Origin: Octopus sinensis
Lineage: Eukaryota
Length of the DNA: 64,000 nt
Assembly: GCF_006345805.1 (NCBI RefSeq)
Contig: NC_043009.1
Span: forward strand, 70,742,001 to 70,806,000
Direction of reading: 5' to 3'
Both the position numbers and the translations under genes were made by a program. Shown here one piece after another: positions 52,958 through 64,000 of the stretch (position 1 is its first letter; every line of letters starts with the position of its first letter). The notes under the pieces are model-generated. The model was given only the letters and a program-made list of their open reading frames with translations, was not told the DNA's origin and searched no databases.

Positions 52958-53639
52958 GAGGGTTTTTGCGTGTATGTTTCCTCTATAAATATATACACCT
53001 AAATAAGCATACCAGTCTCGCTAAATGTGCGTATACATCTCTTAATACAGATATGCATTTATGTATAACAAATGTATATTTATGTTTTAGTATATTCTTA
53101 TGAGCTATATACCAACGAAATATAGACACCCCTATCTCATAGCCATCTCATGGTTAATTTGCAAACTTTCATGTACGAGTGTCGTAATTTATGTTTCCAG
53201 ATGAATAATCAAATAGATGCTGATATATTTTCACACAAATGTGCATCTATGCAGATACACATTCACTATTAAGTATATATACATCTGTATAGAGACTGAG
53301 AGAACGAGTCACGCAAAATTTTGGCTCCGGAATAAATCAATGACTTTATACAAGTTGCAGAGCTTTAATTTCTCGTTTTCCAGACATACTCTGTGATATG
53401 ATGTTCTCGCCAATCAAGTTGCAAGTTTGCTTGCATGCACACACAGACACAGACACACATGCACACATGCACACACACACACACATGCACACACATACAC
53501 ACAAATACATACACACACACTCACCTATATCTATATATATATATTAAGAAAGAGACTCATCTTCGCATACATATATATGAGTGCGCGCGTGTGTGTAAAT
53601 ATGTAAATATTTAAATATATGCATTTCTGTATTCATATA

Positions 53640-53790
53640 TGTATCTATCTGTCTGTCTGTCTATCTACCAGTCTATACATATCTATCTATATATCTATCT
53701 ATCTATCTATATATCTGTCTATCTATCTATCTACCTATTTGTCTATCTACCTATCTATCTATATATCTATCTATCTCTCTATATTTATCT
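53640..53790. repeat. (TCTA)n-type microsatellite
   Basis: Directly visible. Confidence 0.9.
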
Positions 53791-53830
53791 ATATATATAT
53801 ATGTGTGTGTATGTGTGCATTTATGTGTAT

Positions 53831-53881
<51 letters not shown>

Positions 53882-54445
53882 TATATATACATGTACATGT
53901 ATGGATACATATATACGCATTTAGATATATAAAATACACACTCTCATACACACGCACACATATCATTAAGTTGATTCCCAATAGATTAGTATGGGTGTTT
54001 GCGTGAAAGTGTTCGCATCTTATACATAAACAACTTTTCCAGTAACTCGTTTCGAATTCACTTGAAGTATCGATGTCTTATGAACGGACGTTGTATTTAA
54101 TTAATAATGCCATGCTGGCACCAAACTCCTTGTTCACTTAGCATCGTAGAGTAACAGCGGATTCGATAACAAAATGATTTGGTTTCATGAAAGTAATTTA
54201 GAATTTAATACTAACTTCTTGTAATAGTAATTAATAGTAATTGATTTATTCTGGCCATTTAGATTACTTAGCGAACGGAAATTAACTTAAAGTCGTTGAT
54301 TGCTAAATCTACTAATTCCACGGATTCGCAGGACTTTGACATTTTTCGCCGGGTGTAATTTGAATTTTGTCGCAGTGCTGCAATGAAAACGATAATCTGA
54401 AGATTTTTTTTACTAGTGTTGTAGTAAACTGATGTGATTTGATTC

Positions 54446-54480
<35 letters not shown>

Positions 54481-54485
54481 TAATG

Positions 54486-54668
54486 GAAAAAATTATGCCT
54501 CCTCATTTATATGACTGTCCCAATCGACCAAAATGTATCTATCAAGACCTACCAAAAACTGAGCAAGTATAAAGACCTAACTTGTCTCTTGAGGTCTCTG
54601 GATGAGACTTGAAGTCAAATAGTACAAATACAAAGCGAATGTCAGCTATATAATGATAATAATAATGA
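54486..54668 (+). mobile_element. Miniature R4/Dong-like derivative: RLE fragment fused to the distal 3' UTR, between (TAA)n tracts
   Basis: EKLCLLIYMTVPIDQNVSIKTYQKLSKYKDL joined directly to ttgtctcttgaggtctctggatgagacttg, which matches the UTR at 1245-1340. Confidence 0.75.
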
Positions 54669-54722
54669 TTTTTAGGTGAGAATTGAATCTATATAATCAA
54701 CACTTATACTTGACTGGTATTA

Positions 54723-55700
54723 TATTAAGTTGGCAACTAAATTCCCGCCGTTTTTTTAAACATAAATTGTTTTAAAGGTTTAATAAAAAATAACAACTAA
54801 TTAATCAATAATGTATTCACCCTTGTTGTTTGCAGCTTCTTCCCAATGTTCAGCAAGATTTTCAAAATCTCGTTGGTAGAAATCATCCGATTTCGACTCG
54901 AAAAATTGATCCAACCAATCTCTCAATTCTGCATCAGTATTGAACGAAACTCCTCGCATAGTATTTGAAAGAGATCGAAGGAGGTGGAAATCCTTTCGTG
55001 CCAAATCAGGAGAGTACGGTGGTTGTGGCAGCACATCCCAGCCATGCGTTTGGATGGCACCCTTGGTCATATTGGCGATATGAGGGCGGGCGTTGTCGTG
55101 CAGCAGAACTCCATGCTGCCGATTGGGTCTTTTCTCTTGAATAGCCATGTTGACTCGTTCGATCTGTCGAACATAGAGCTCCGCGTTGACCGTTTCGTTC
55201 CGTTCAAGTAATTCGTAATGGATAATCCCTTCCCATTCCCACCATACGCGCAACATCGTTTTTACGCAGATGAAGATCTTGTTTCCCGCGCGGTGTTGTT
55301 TGTTTACCGGGGCTAAGCCATTCCTTTCCTTATGCTGCTTCATATTGATGTACGGGCACCATTTTTCGTCGCCAGTAAAGATTCGATAAAGAAATCTTTG
55401 CTTGTGTTCATGAGTTGAGCGGTGACGAGCAAGCAGACCAGCGGAGATTGTGGCGCGTTGATTTTTGAGCGATTCCTTCAGCTATGGCACTCTCTCCATA
55501 CCCAGCACAAATGTCGCGAGCAGCTTTTGTGACCTTAGAACCTTGACTAAAAGCAAAAAGAAAGAGGTGTCCAAAATGCTCGCTTTTCTGTACTTGACAT
55601 TCCATTTTAATGATCTGAAAATAAACAAAAATTAACTAAAATTAACTAGAAAATAAAACAAAACAAAATAGATTCCAAAATGATTCAAAAATAGAATTCT
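54723..55700 (-). mobile_element. Mariner (DD34D) relic with internal deletion
   Basis: TIR ttaagttggcaactaaattcccgccgttt at 54725; MECQVQKSEHF.. N-terminus, TGDEKW, HDNARPH, PYSPDLARKDFHL, KGEYIID*; part of the HTH/linker is missing and the second TIR was not found. Confidence 0.88.
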
Positions 55701-57914
55701 CGAAAAAAATAGATTCCACAATTTAAAAACAGTTGTCGCCTTAGCGGTCGTCGCCTTAACGAAAAAATAAGAGCACTTTCTAATTTTGGTAAATAACCAG
55801 ATATTTTGACGGAAATGGACAAGCCAATTTGATCGACCCCACTACTTGGCTTGATAGGAAAATGCATGAGTCCAGCTGGAAACCCCTTTCTCCAGAGCCA
55901 CCCAGCAGAGAAAGATTAATTTCCTATCCCTTCCAAAGGAAGATGGTGCATTGATCTTCCAAATAAATCCGACAGATAACCATATTCGTGCTACACGTAA
56001 CAGAGAGATATTAAACGGTAACTCGCCATTTGCTAATGCACAGGCGCTAAGCTATGGTATGCCAAATGGTTTTGGTCCCTCAGCACGCATCTCTGGCCTA
56101 TTTGCTTGTTAGTACTTTATTACTTACAGAGACTGACGCGAAAAGCTAATACCCTACCCATGTAGCACTGCCATAGGAAGGACTTTTAGACGTTTCCTAT
56201 AATTCTCCACACTAAAGTCCTGAAAAACGGACAACTCAAATTGTTCATGACGATGCTGAGAGGCAATCCCAAGACTTTGCCGTTCATACCGTCATTAACA
56301 TTCTATAAAAGTTTAGTGGTATTTTCTTGCCGATGGCCCTTCCCAGCTAGAATAGTGCTGTGAACACCTGATAACAGTCTACATCCCAAACAGCCAACCT
56401 TGGTCTACTCAGTATGCATGATGGCCGCTGGCTCCAGAAGACGAGCTACGGATAGACGCATGAAAGACGCCCAGTTTGCCCACGTTTTGGTCGTGTTTGT
56501 CACCATCGCAAAGGTCCAGACATTTCCGTATGTTCGTAAGTGTTGTGATGGTTGCTGCTGTGACATTGTTGATGCTGATGTCGGGGTCCGTATCATTCCA
56601 TTGAAAATTTGATTATTTTTGGCAGATCCGATGCTTCTTAACTTTTGCCTTTTTCCTCCCTACCCAACTAGGACATCTTTTATTCCTCCCCACCCAACTA
56701 GGACATCTTTTATCGAGTGCTCTCACTTGACCGCTTCGCACGACGCCGATTCAAAGTCTGAGAAGTCTTTCTCACAGAGAACATTTATGACTAATGAGTG
56801 CGTCTGGTGATTATATTCGTCTTCTGGTGGATTGGCATGGAGAGGATTTCGGTGATTATGTCCTCTCTGACTCTGTCTATTGCTCTTGTCGCTCCGGGTG
56901 CCCTCTTCCCTCCAGTGGCTGTAACGATAGATACGTGGCTGTATATGCAGGCATCTGTATAGGAGTACGTGTGCGCATATGTATTCGTTTGGCTCTATTT
57001 TCATAACAGCAAATGAAAATGTGTGTGTGTGTGTGTTTACGCATATGAGTATATGTGTTTGCTGATAAACACGTGTATTTGTATATTTCTATATTGTTTA
57101 TGCATTTATATCTCCTAATAAAAGCAAATATCTTGAGAAAAGTACTTAATTATTATGCCTTTCCCTAGAAATATAGGTAACGCTATGTCATTATATGCAT
57201 GCATTTGTCTGATTGTATAATGTATAAATAAAGAACCCGGCTAGAAACAGTCTTGAGAAACCTAAAAGATATTTATGGAAACATAATCTTCTTAATCGAA
57301 ACCTTCCTAAAAGAACCAAGCTTAAAATTTTTTAACAGAAAACTAATAATATCAACACCAAATACAGATTTAGTCTGATTTATTCTGCATTATCTTTAGA
57401 CATTATAGAGATTAGAGATAACCTTAAAAATAGCTCAAAACACAAAGACTTATTTCTAATATCATGACCTGATTTTGACAAAAAAGTTTACTCCTACACT
57501 TCTACGCTAAATTGAAGGACGGAAAGTAACGAAATATTTCATCAAACCCAAATAATTCCCTTTAGCATATACCGCTCCATCAATCCACTCCAACAAAAGC
57601 ACATTTTCCCCTCATTCCCCTCTATTTCCGATATACCGCACCTACTTTTCATGCATATTTCTTCACCGACGATAAAGAAAGCTCTACTAAAATTTCTGTG
57701 AATCCAAAACGAACTCGCGTAAACACCAGTGAGCAAACTTTGAGATTATTTTCAAGCTTGTCTTCGTAATTATTAACATACACACAGTAATCACTCGCCA
57801 TATCGCGGCTCACCTATCACGCCCCCCGTACATCGCAGTTTTTTTTCTGGTTAATAGATGTAAATTTATATCGCGGACTCCTCAGTATATGGAGGGTTTC
57901 TGCGGCCGACATGT

Positions 57915-57964
<50 letters not shown>

Positions 57965-57997
57965 TGTGTGTGTGTGTGTGTGTGTGCGTATATGTTT

Positions 57998-58220
57998 GTG
58001 TGTCTGTGTTTGTCCCCCCAACATCGCTTGACAACCGATGGTGGTATGTTTACGTCTCCGTAACTTAGCGATTCGGCAAAAGAGACCGATCGAATAAGTA
58101 CTAGGCTTCCAAACAATAAGTCCTTGGGTCGATTTGCTCGACTAAAGGCGGTACTCCAGCATGGCTACATTCAAATGACTGAAGCAAGGAAAAGTGTAAA
58201 GAGAGAGTAAAGAGTAAAAG

Positions 58221-58222
<2 letters not shown>
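57998..58222 (+). mobile_element. SINE family B 3' half
   Basis: tgtgtctgtgtttgtcccccc...taaaggcggtactccagcatggc...gagtaaaagag; reverse complement of 12579-12800. Confidence 0.85.
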
Positions 58223-58252
<30 letters not shown>

Positions 58253-58653
58253 TGATAGATATAAAGTAAATAAGTAATAAGGCCGTCCAGGTATTAGTGC
58301 ATTACGGCCGTTTCAAGCGGCTCCATTTAATCTACCAATGCAAACATTATATCAATTTGAAATAAACGGCTCTCTTCGAATGAGTACGACTACATAGATT
58401 TCTAACATACAGGGTATTCTATTATAATGGTTTAGCAAAGTTTTCATCCGTACTAGGGGTTAGAATGCATTGTTTCTTTTCGCTATTATTGTATCAGAAT
58501 GAATTTTGAGAAAAAATACCTGAAGCCTATTAGGATTTAGAGTGGCCGAAGGAAATAATGGAGACCAATAAAGAGGAATGGTGATAGAGCGACAATTGTA
58601 CGGACAGTACAGAACAGAGTTGGTGCCTCAACTTAAGTACCAAATTCACCTGA

Positions 58654-58697
<44 letters not shown>

Positions 58698-60339
58698 GTG
58701 TGTGTGTGTGTGTGCGTGCGTGCGTGCGTCTATATCCATCCCTTTTTAACAGGGATTTATATTTTTACGAGGTATTTGCCAATAGTATTCGAACTTAGAA
58801 TATGTTATAGAGCTAAACATACTGCTGCTGCTACTAATACTACTACTACTACTACGACGACGACGACCACTACTAATTCTGCTCCATTCCCATTCCATGC
58901 CGTACAGCAATTACATTGTGTCTCTCTAACACATCGTCATGAAACCTAACGATCTATTACGGCAGCGACGACGTAGAAAGTATATTGCATGGAATTGTGT
59001 GGCGTGTTCCTTTCTATTTCACGTATTCTTCATACGTATATATCTCAGCACAAGTTTTAATACCGTGTGGATTTAAATGAAAACAAAACCGATAATGGAA
59101 GAAAACATCATCCTATCTCAGTTTCCTAAAATAGAACAAGAATTACATTTTATGAAATTGAAAGAAAAATGCTCGTTTATTTTTTATCTCATATTTACGC
59201 TCTTTTGAGCGAAAAAATATAAAACTGGTTTATTTGAATAGTTTTTTATATTTTCCTGGTCTTCATTTCTTGCTAAATATTTTGTTAACATTATTTTTCT
59301 TTGTGTGTTGACACTTTAAATACTGCTTATTAGAATTCACTAGAATGCATGATATACAATTGTTGAAAACAATCTTATTTTAGATCAAATTACATCAAAT
59401 AAAACATATTCAAAGATAACCTAATACATTGCAAGTGTGAAAACAAGGCAAACGTTTGTGATTTACTTTAAAAGTTTACAAATATAGAAATTTTTTCCGA
59501 TGTATAACAATCTTATGGAGTGTAACCCATATTCGTTTCCTGGCAAATTCAGCTTTTACAATTACTGCCGCCTGTGTTTTATTACATCACAGCCGCAAGT
59601 GCTTAAGATTTGGTTTTAATGTTTCTTGTCAGTGACAGTTTTATAACGGTTTATTGGAATTTACAACCCTGCAAATTCAGGAGGTTTGTTACTAAATTCT
59701 GCTAATGTTACCGAAATGTTAAAATATAGCTGAGAAAAGGATTAGTGATTAAGCGATAATGCGTTACTACTAATCTTCTCCCCGAGGGTAACATTTCGCT
59801 AATTCAGTCATAATTATTTGATAGAATATTTGATTACACAAACATTGTTGACAGTCGTATTCTTTAGTCCCTCGTAATCTCAAGTCAAATCTATAACAAG
59901 ATTGCTCCAGCGATAACCATGCCATCTTATCGTGTGACAACATATCTAAACCTACATTATCAGATGTACCTTGCTTTCTTTAAGCGCTGTGATGTAGTTT
60001 CAGGAAAGTATGTCTGTTGCTTAGTGCATGAAAATAGCTCTTCGATCGATCCCAAATTTGACGACTGTGGAGCAGATCATTGCTTACGTGACGCACCCAA
60101 TTTCTTGGCGGGAGTGCGGCGCAAGCAGCAATAGCATTATACTTCAGCATGCTGCCACATATGCACTGAGGGGAAATTTATTGAAAATACGATGAATACT
60201 ATCTGCAACTTTGAAGCTACAACTGTCAGCCTTGTTAAACAACTGGTTACTTTTCAGATGAATTAACCGAGGGAGGCTTTCATTCAGAATCGTTGTGATT
60301 TTCGACTGGAATTTTAATTTACTGTGCAGAGTTATTACA

Positions 60340-60880
60340 AACAACATGGTTGTACACAATATCAGCAACAGCACGACTGAGGAACAGAACAAAAACAACA
60401 GCTCAGCAGGTAAACAGATTCTTGCTGTAATTCTAGAAGAAACCGTTGCGACAAAAATCTTTTTTTTTTTTGAAGTTGTGAATTGAATACTGATTTATTT
60501 AACTGTTATCGAAGAGCGAAACAAAACTCCGCTGTTGGATATATGAATAGATTGAAACCATACTGGGATAGTCTGCACCCGGAACTAGATCATTTTACTG
60601 CGGAACAATTATGCTAACAAGCAACATTTGTTGAACATAGGAAGAAAGTTGGTGAATGTAACTTTTTAAAAGAAGGTCTAAAATTAACTTTCTGCCAAAC
60701 AACATAAACGAAATGGTGGACGATGTTGGAAGACAACGTGGTTTCGCAGTTAGTGACAGTCCAACAGATTCTGTACTGCTTGCCAGCCAAACCACATTAC
60801 AGGCTTTCAATAACTGACCATTGTACCTCTACTACGACTTGGTAAATAGCAGGCACAACCGCAACGATCATTGTGGTAGT

Positions 60881-60953
<73 letters not shown>

Positions 60954-62925
60954 GTATCCAGGGGTTATATAGCGGTGAAGTATGCCGTTTGTTGTAGTGG
61001 AACCGAGCAGCTCCGTGAATGGACGGTTCTGAATTGTATAAGTACGCATGCGTGCTGGAGATACGAAAACAATGCCGTGTGCGCAGCCCTCTATTGTACA
61101 GAGTCGTGGAAGCTATTAAGAAGAGATATCGTGGATTACGTGGTGGGGAAATGACAGTTGGGGAATGAATCCACCATAAGCCTGCAACCACAATTAAACA
61201 TAATAACACTCTTTCTAAGACTTTTCAAGAAAAAATAACTCTGGCTTTGAAGCCGTCCCTGGAAGAGAGAGTATTCTCTGCCAAAGCAAGCACAAGACCA
61301 CCAGACACAGTATTGAAAGCTGTTAATGAAATGGGAGGAAGGGAATATTTAAAACAGTGTAATGACAGATTAACGCCTGGCTGTATGTGCTGTCCACTTC
61401 TGCAAGGTACTATATAAATAACGTTCATAATTAAGCAAAACCGAAGCAACGAAGTAAGTCCCATTCATGGATTTTGAAGACAGGGGACAAAGGTAGCTTA
61501 TTTACGGAAGACCATCAGCGAATCGCTGTGTTTCACCAACAAAATGTGAAGAAGGAGATCGAAGGGATGTTTGGAGAGAGCAAAACGAGGACACTCAATT
61601 GCAAACGGATCACTCTCAAGCAGGAGCTAAATGCTGTCAGCGAGAAACTCCATCATCAAGAGAATAACCGAGAGAAAAACTATAAACAAAAAAATTTAAC
61701 CGGGTCCAGGCAACAGTGTACAGAGACAGGAGAGGAGAAGCAGTGGACATCATAGAAACTCCTTCAAGTGAAGATATAGACTCCTTCTGAAGGAAAATTT
61801 GGAGATGGAGGTTAACCAAAATGCTCTGTAGCTGGAAGAATCTGGGAGACATTCTTGTCCCTGCATCACACACAAGACATACAGCATTGATGGTGATACC
61901 CTTGTAACTGTGATCCAGAAACTTCAGGATGGAAAAGCACCGGGAAGAGAGTTGATTGTTGAATATTGATACAAGGAGCTAACCTTCTGCTGACCATATC
62001 TTATCAATATGCAACAGCAAGATCTCAATGGGAAGAGTAGTTTACCAGACTGGTTAGCTCTGGAAGAGACAAAAATGATCCCTAAATGCAGAACCACCCA
62101 CATGGCAAACAAAATACACCGGTCAATTTCGTACCAGAACTTAATGTATAAGATATATACAGCATGTTTAACCCTCTTCCTCCAAGACCATTGTGAAAGC
62201 AATAACATCTTCACAGCAGAACGAGCAGCTGAGAAGAAGGGAGTCTGGCGATGTGCCGAGTAATTGTTAATAAACAAAACTGTAATGTCAGAGGTGCGGG
62301 AGCTTAGAAGGACCTACTTTCAATGTGGCTAGACTACAAGAAAGCCTTTGATTTTGTGCCCCACTCAAGGATGCTAGAAGCTCTTCGACTTACAAAAGCT
62401 CCAGTGAGCATAGTTGACCTGACTTCATCGTGGGCCACCATCTTGAAATTAAACACAAGATGTGATTTTATTATCACTGATAGAATACAGTATCGCAGAG
62501 TGATGTTCCTTTGGGACAGCCTCTCTGTGTTGCTTATACTTTCTGTAAACCCCTTGTCATTCAGGTCTGGAAGATATCTCACTGGTTCACAAGGGAAACA
62601 GAAATACCAAAATTACACAGTTTTTTGTGGATGACTTGAAACTATATGCCAAGAATATGCATAAGGTGGAACAGAGCTTTGACCTGGTTATAACATTCTC
62701 AAAAAATATAGGGCTGAGTTTAGTCTGGTTAAATGTTGTTATATTGTTGTGAAAAGAGAGAAAACTGTAAACCAGACTAGCAATATCTCCATCAATAAGT
62801 GTTTCTGATGAAGAATGTTACAGGTGTCTAGGGATGGATGGAAACATATTTTATAACAACGCCTGTAACAAAACACGTATCACTAAAGAATATTGCAGGC
62901 GAATAAAAACAATTTGGCCTTGCGC
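60340..62925 (+). mobile_element. Decayed R4/Dong-like LINE, N-terminal region through RT, interrupted by (CAG)n(TAG)n and cut at the Tc1
   Basis: DLFNCYRRAK..GYMNRLKPYWDSLHPEL (N-terminus), GKAPG, LMYKIYTA, WLDYKKAFDFVPH, WDSLSVLL, FVDDLKLYAK. Confidence 0.82.
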
Positions 62926-62956
62926 CAAAATTTGAAATCGATATATATCAAACCTG

Positions 62957-64000
62957 CAGCGATTGGACAAAATAATGGAAACACCTAGCATTATAGCATC
63001 ATAATTCTAAACTCCTATAAAACCGTCAAGAGCTTCTTTATTTTTATAGTCTTTATTTATTATTAGTGTTGCTTGATATATTTTGCTAAAATTGCTGCTT
63101 CTTTTCAGATATCATCTGAAAAAACGTAATTAAAATTCATTAAAATACAGATCTATCGGACTTTCAAAGAGGTCAAATTGTTGGTGCTCGTATAGCAGGC
63201 GATAGCGTAACGAAAACAGCCGAAATGCTTTGTGTATCCAGAAGTACTGTCTCGAAAGTAATGACAGCCTTTGAAAAAGAGGGAAACACCTCCTCGCCGA
63301 AAAAAAAAACTTTGGAAGAAAACCAGAACTTTCAGATACGAACCGTCTGACTTTTACGCGAATTGTTGGAAAGGATCACAAATGTACAGCTCCTAAAATT
63401 ACTGCAGAGCTTAATGACCACCTCCAGAACCCGGTTTCCACAAAAACTGTTCGCCGTGCGCTGCACGAAGCCGGATTTCACGGGAGGGCTACAATCAGAA
63501 AACCACTACTTTCAAAGACAACGTTGCAAAGCGTTTAGAGTGGAGTAAAAAACCTACAGAATTGGTCCCTAGAATAGTGGAAGAATGTTATTTTCTCAGA
63601 TGAGTCATCTTTTACCTTATTTCCACCCACTGGCCAAGTATACGTTTTGAGACAGCAAAAAGAAGCGTTTGACCCAGACTGCCTTCTTCCAACCGTTAAA
63701 CATGGAGTAGGATCTGTGATGATTGGGGGTGGGGCTATATCTAGAAAATCCGCCGTTCCAATGGTTTCCATTCATGGCAGAATTAGTAGTCAAGACTATT
63801 TACGCATTTGGTCTAATCAAATTCATCCTTTGGTTGCGGAACTGTTTGAGGATGATAATGCACCAATTCACACAGCTAAAGTTGTTACTGAATGGCACGA
63901 GAAACAACATTCTAGAGAAGTTGAACACCTTATCTGGCTACCACAGTCCCCAGGTCTCAATTTTATTGAACATTTATGGTGCATTTTAGAAAATAAGTCG
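62957..64000 (+). mobile_element. Tc1-like (DD34E) transposon, decayed, runs off the window end
   Basis: TIR-like cagcgattggacaaaataatggaaacacc; DLSDFQRGQIVGAR, KTVRRALHEAGFHGR..RKPLL, IFSDESSF, TVKHG, DDNAPIHTAK, SPGLNFIEHLW. Confidence 0.9.

Noticed and set aside
58280-58345. gaaacggccgta palindrome with tgcat/atgca flanks on the minus strand
   Set aside because: No CUGANGA-type core and no helix II.
60080-60175. Possible HDV-like ribozyme upstream of the LINE
   Set aside because: P1- and P4-like pairings exist but no P3/P1.1 pseudoknot could be built.
60868-61209. Overlapping poly-Leu and poly-Ala/Val ORFs
   Set aside because: Produced by the (CAG)n(TAG)n tract inside the LINE relic.

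Overview
Repeat-saturated, AT-rich eukaryotic genomic DNA with no confidently identifiable host protein-coding gene. The SINE families and the extreme microsatellite density look like an octopod cephalopod genome (recognition from memory, not a database result). Most listed ORFs are microsatellite artefacts or antisense shadows. Supportable content: decayed RLE-type R4/Dong-like LINEs (a same-strand pile-up at 0.3-6.7 kb separated by TTA/CTA tracts, plus copies at about 18, 54.5 and 60-63 kb), a CR1-group LINE and a rearranged fragment, an RTE fragment, two mariners, two Tc1-like relics, a long-TIR Merlin-like MITE with an 8-bp TSD, three tRNA-derived SINE families, and a Penelope-like GIY-YIG relic. 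The most interesting signal is a set of minimal type I hammerhead ribozyme motifs (26.6, 27.7, 30.9, 37.6 kb; remnant at 22.2 kb). Several have non-canonical cores (U3-A8, C4, G15.1-C16.1) and palindromic helix III, and three sit in fold-back inverted repeats next to (TA)n tracts, two of which place two hammerheads head-to-head. The window also shows a SINE 3' tail that matches the CR1-group LINE from its stop codon onward. One 100-N assembly gap is present.
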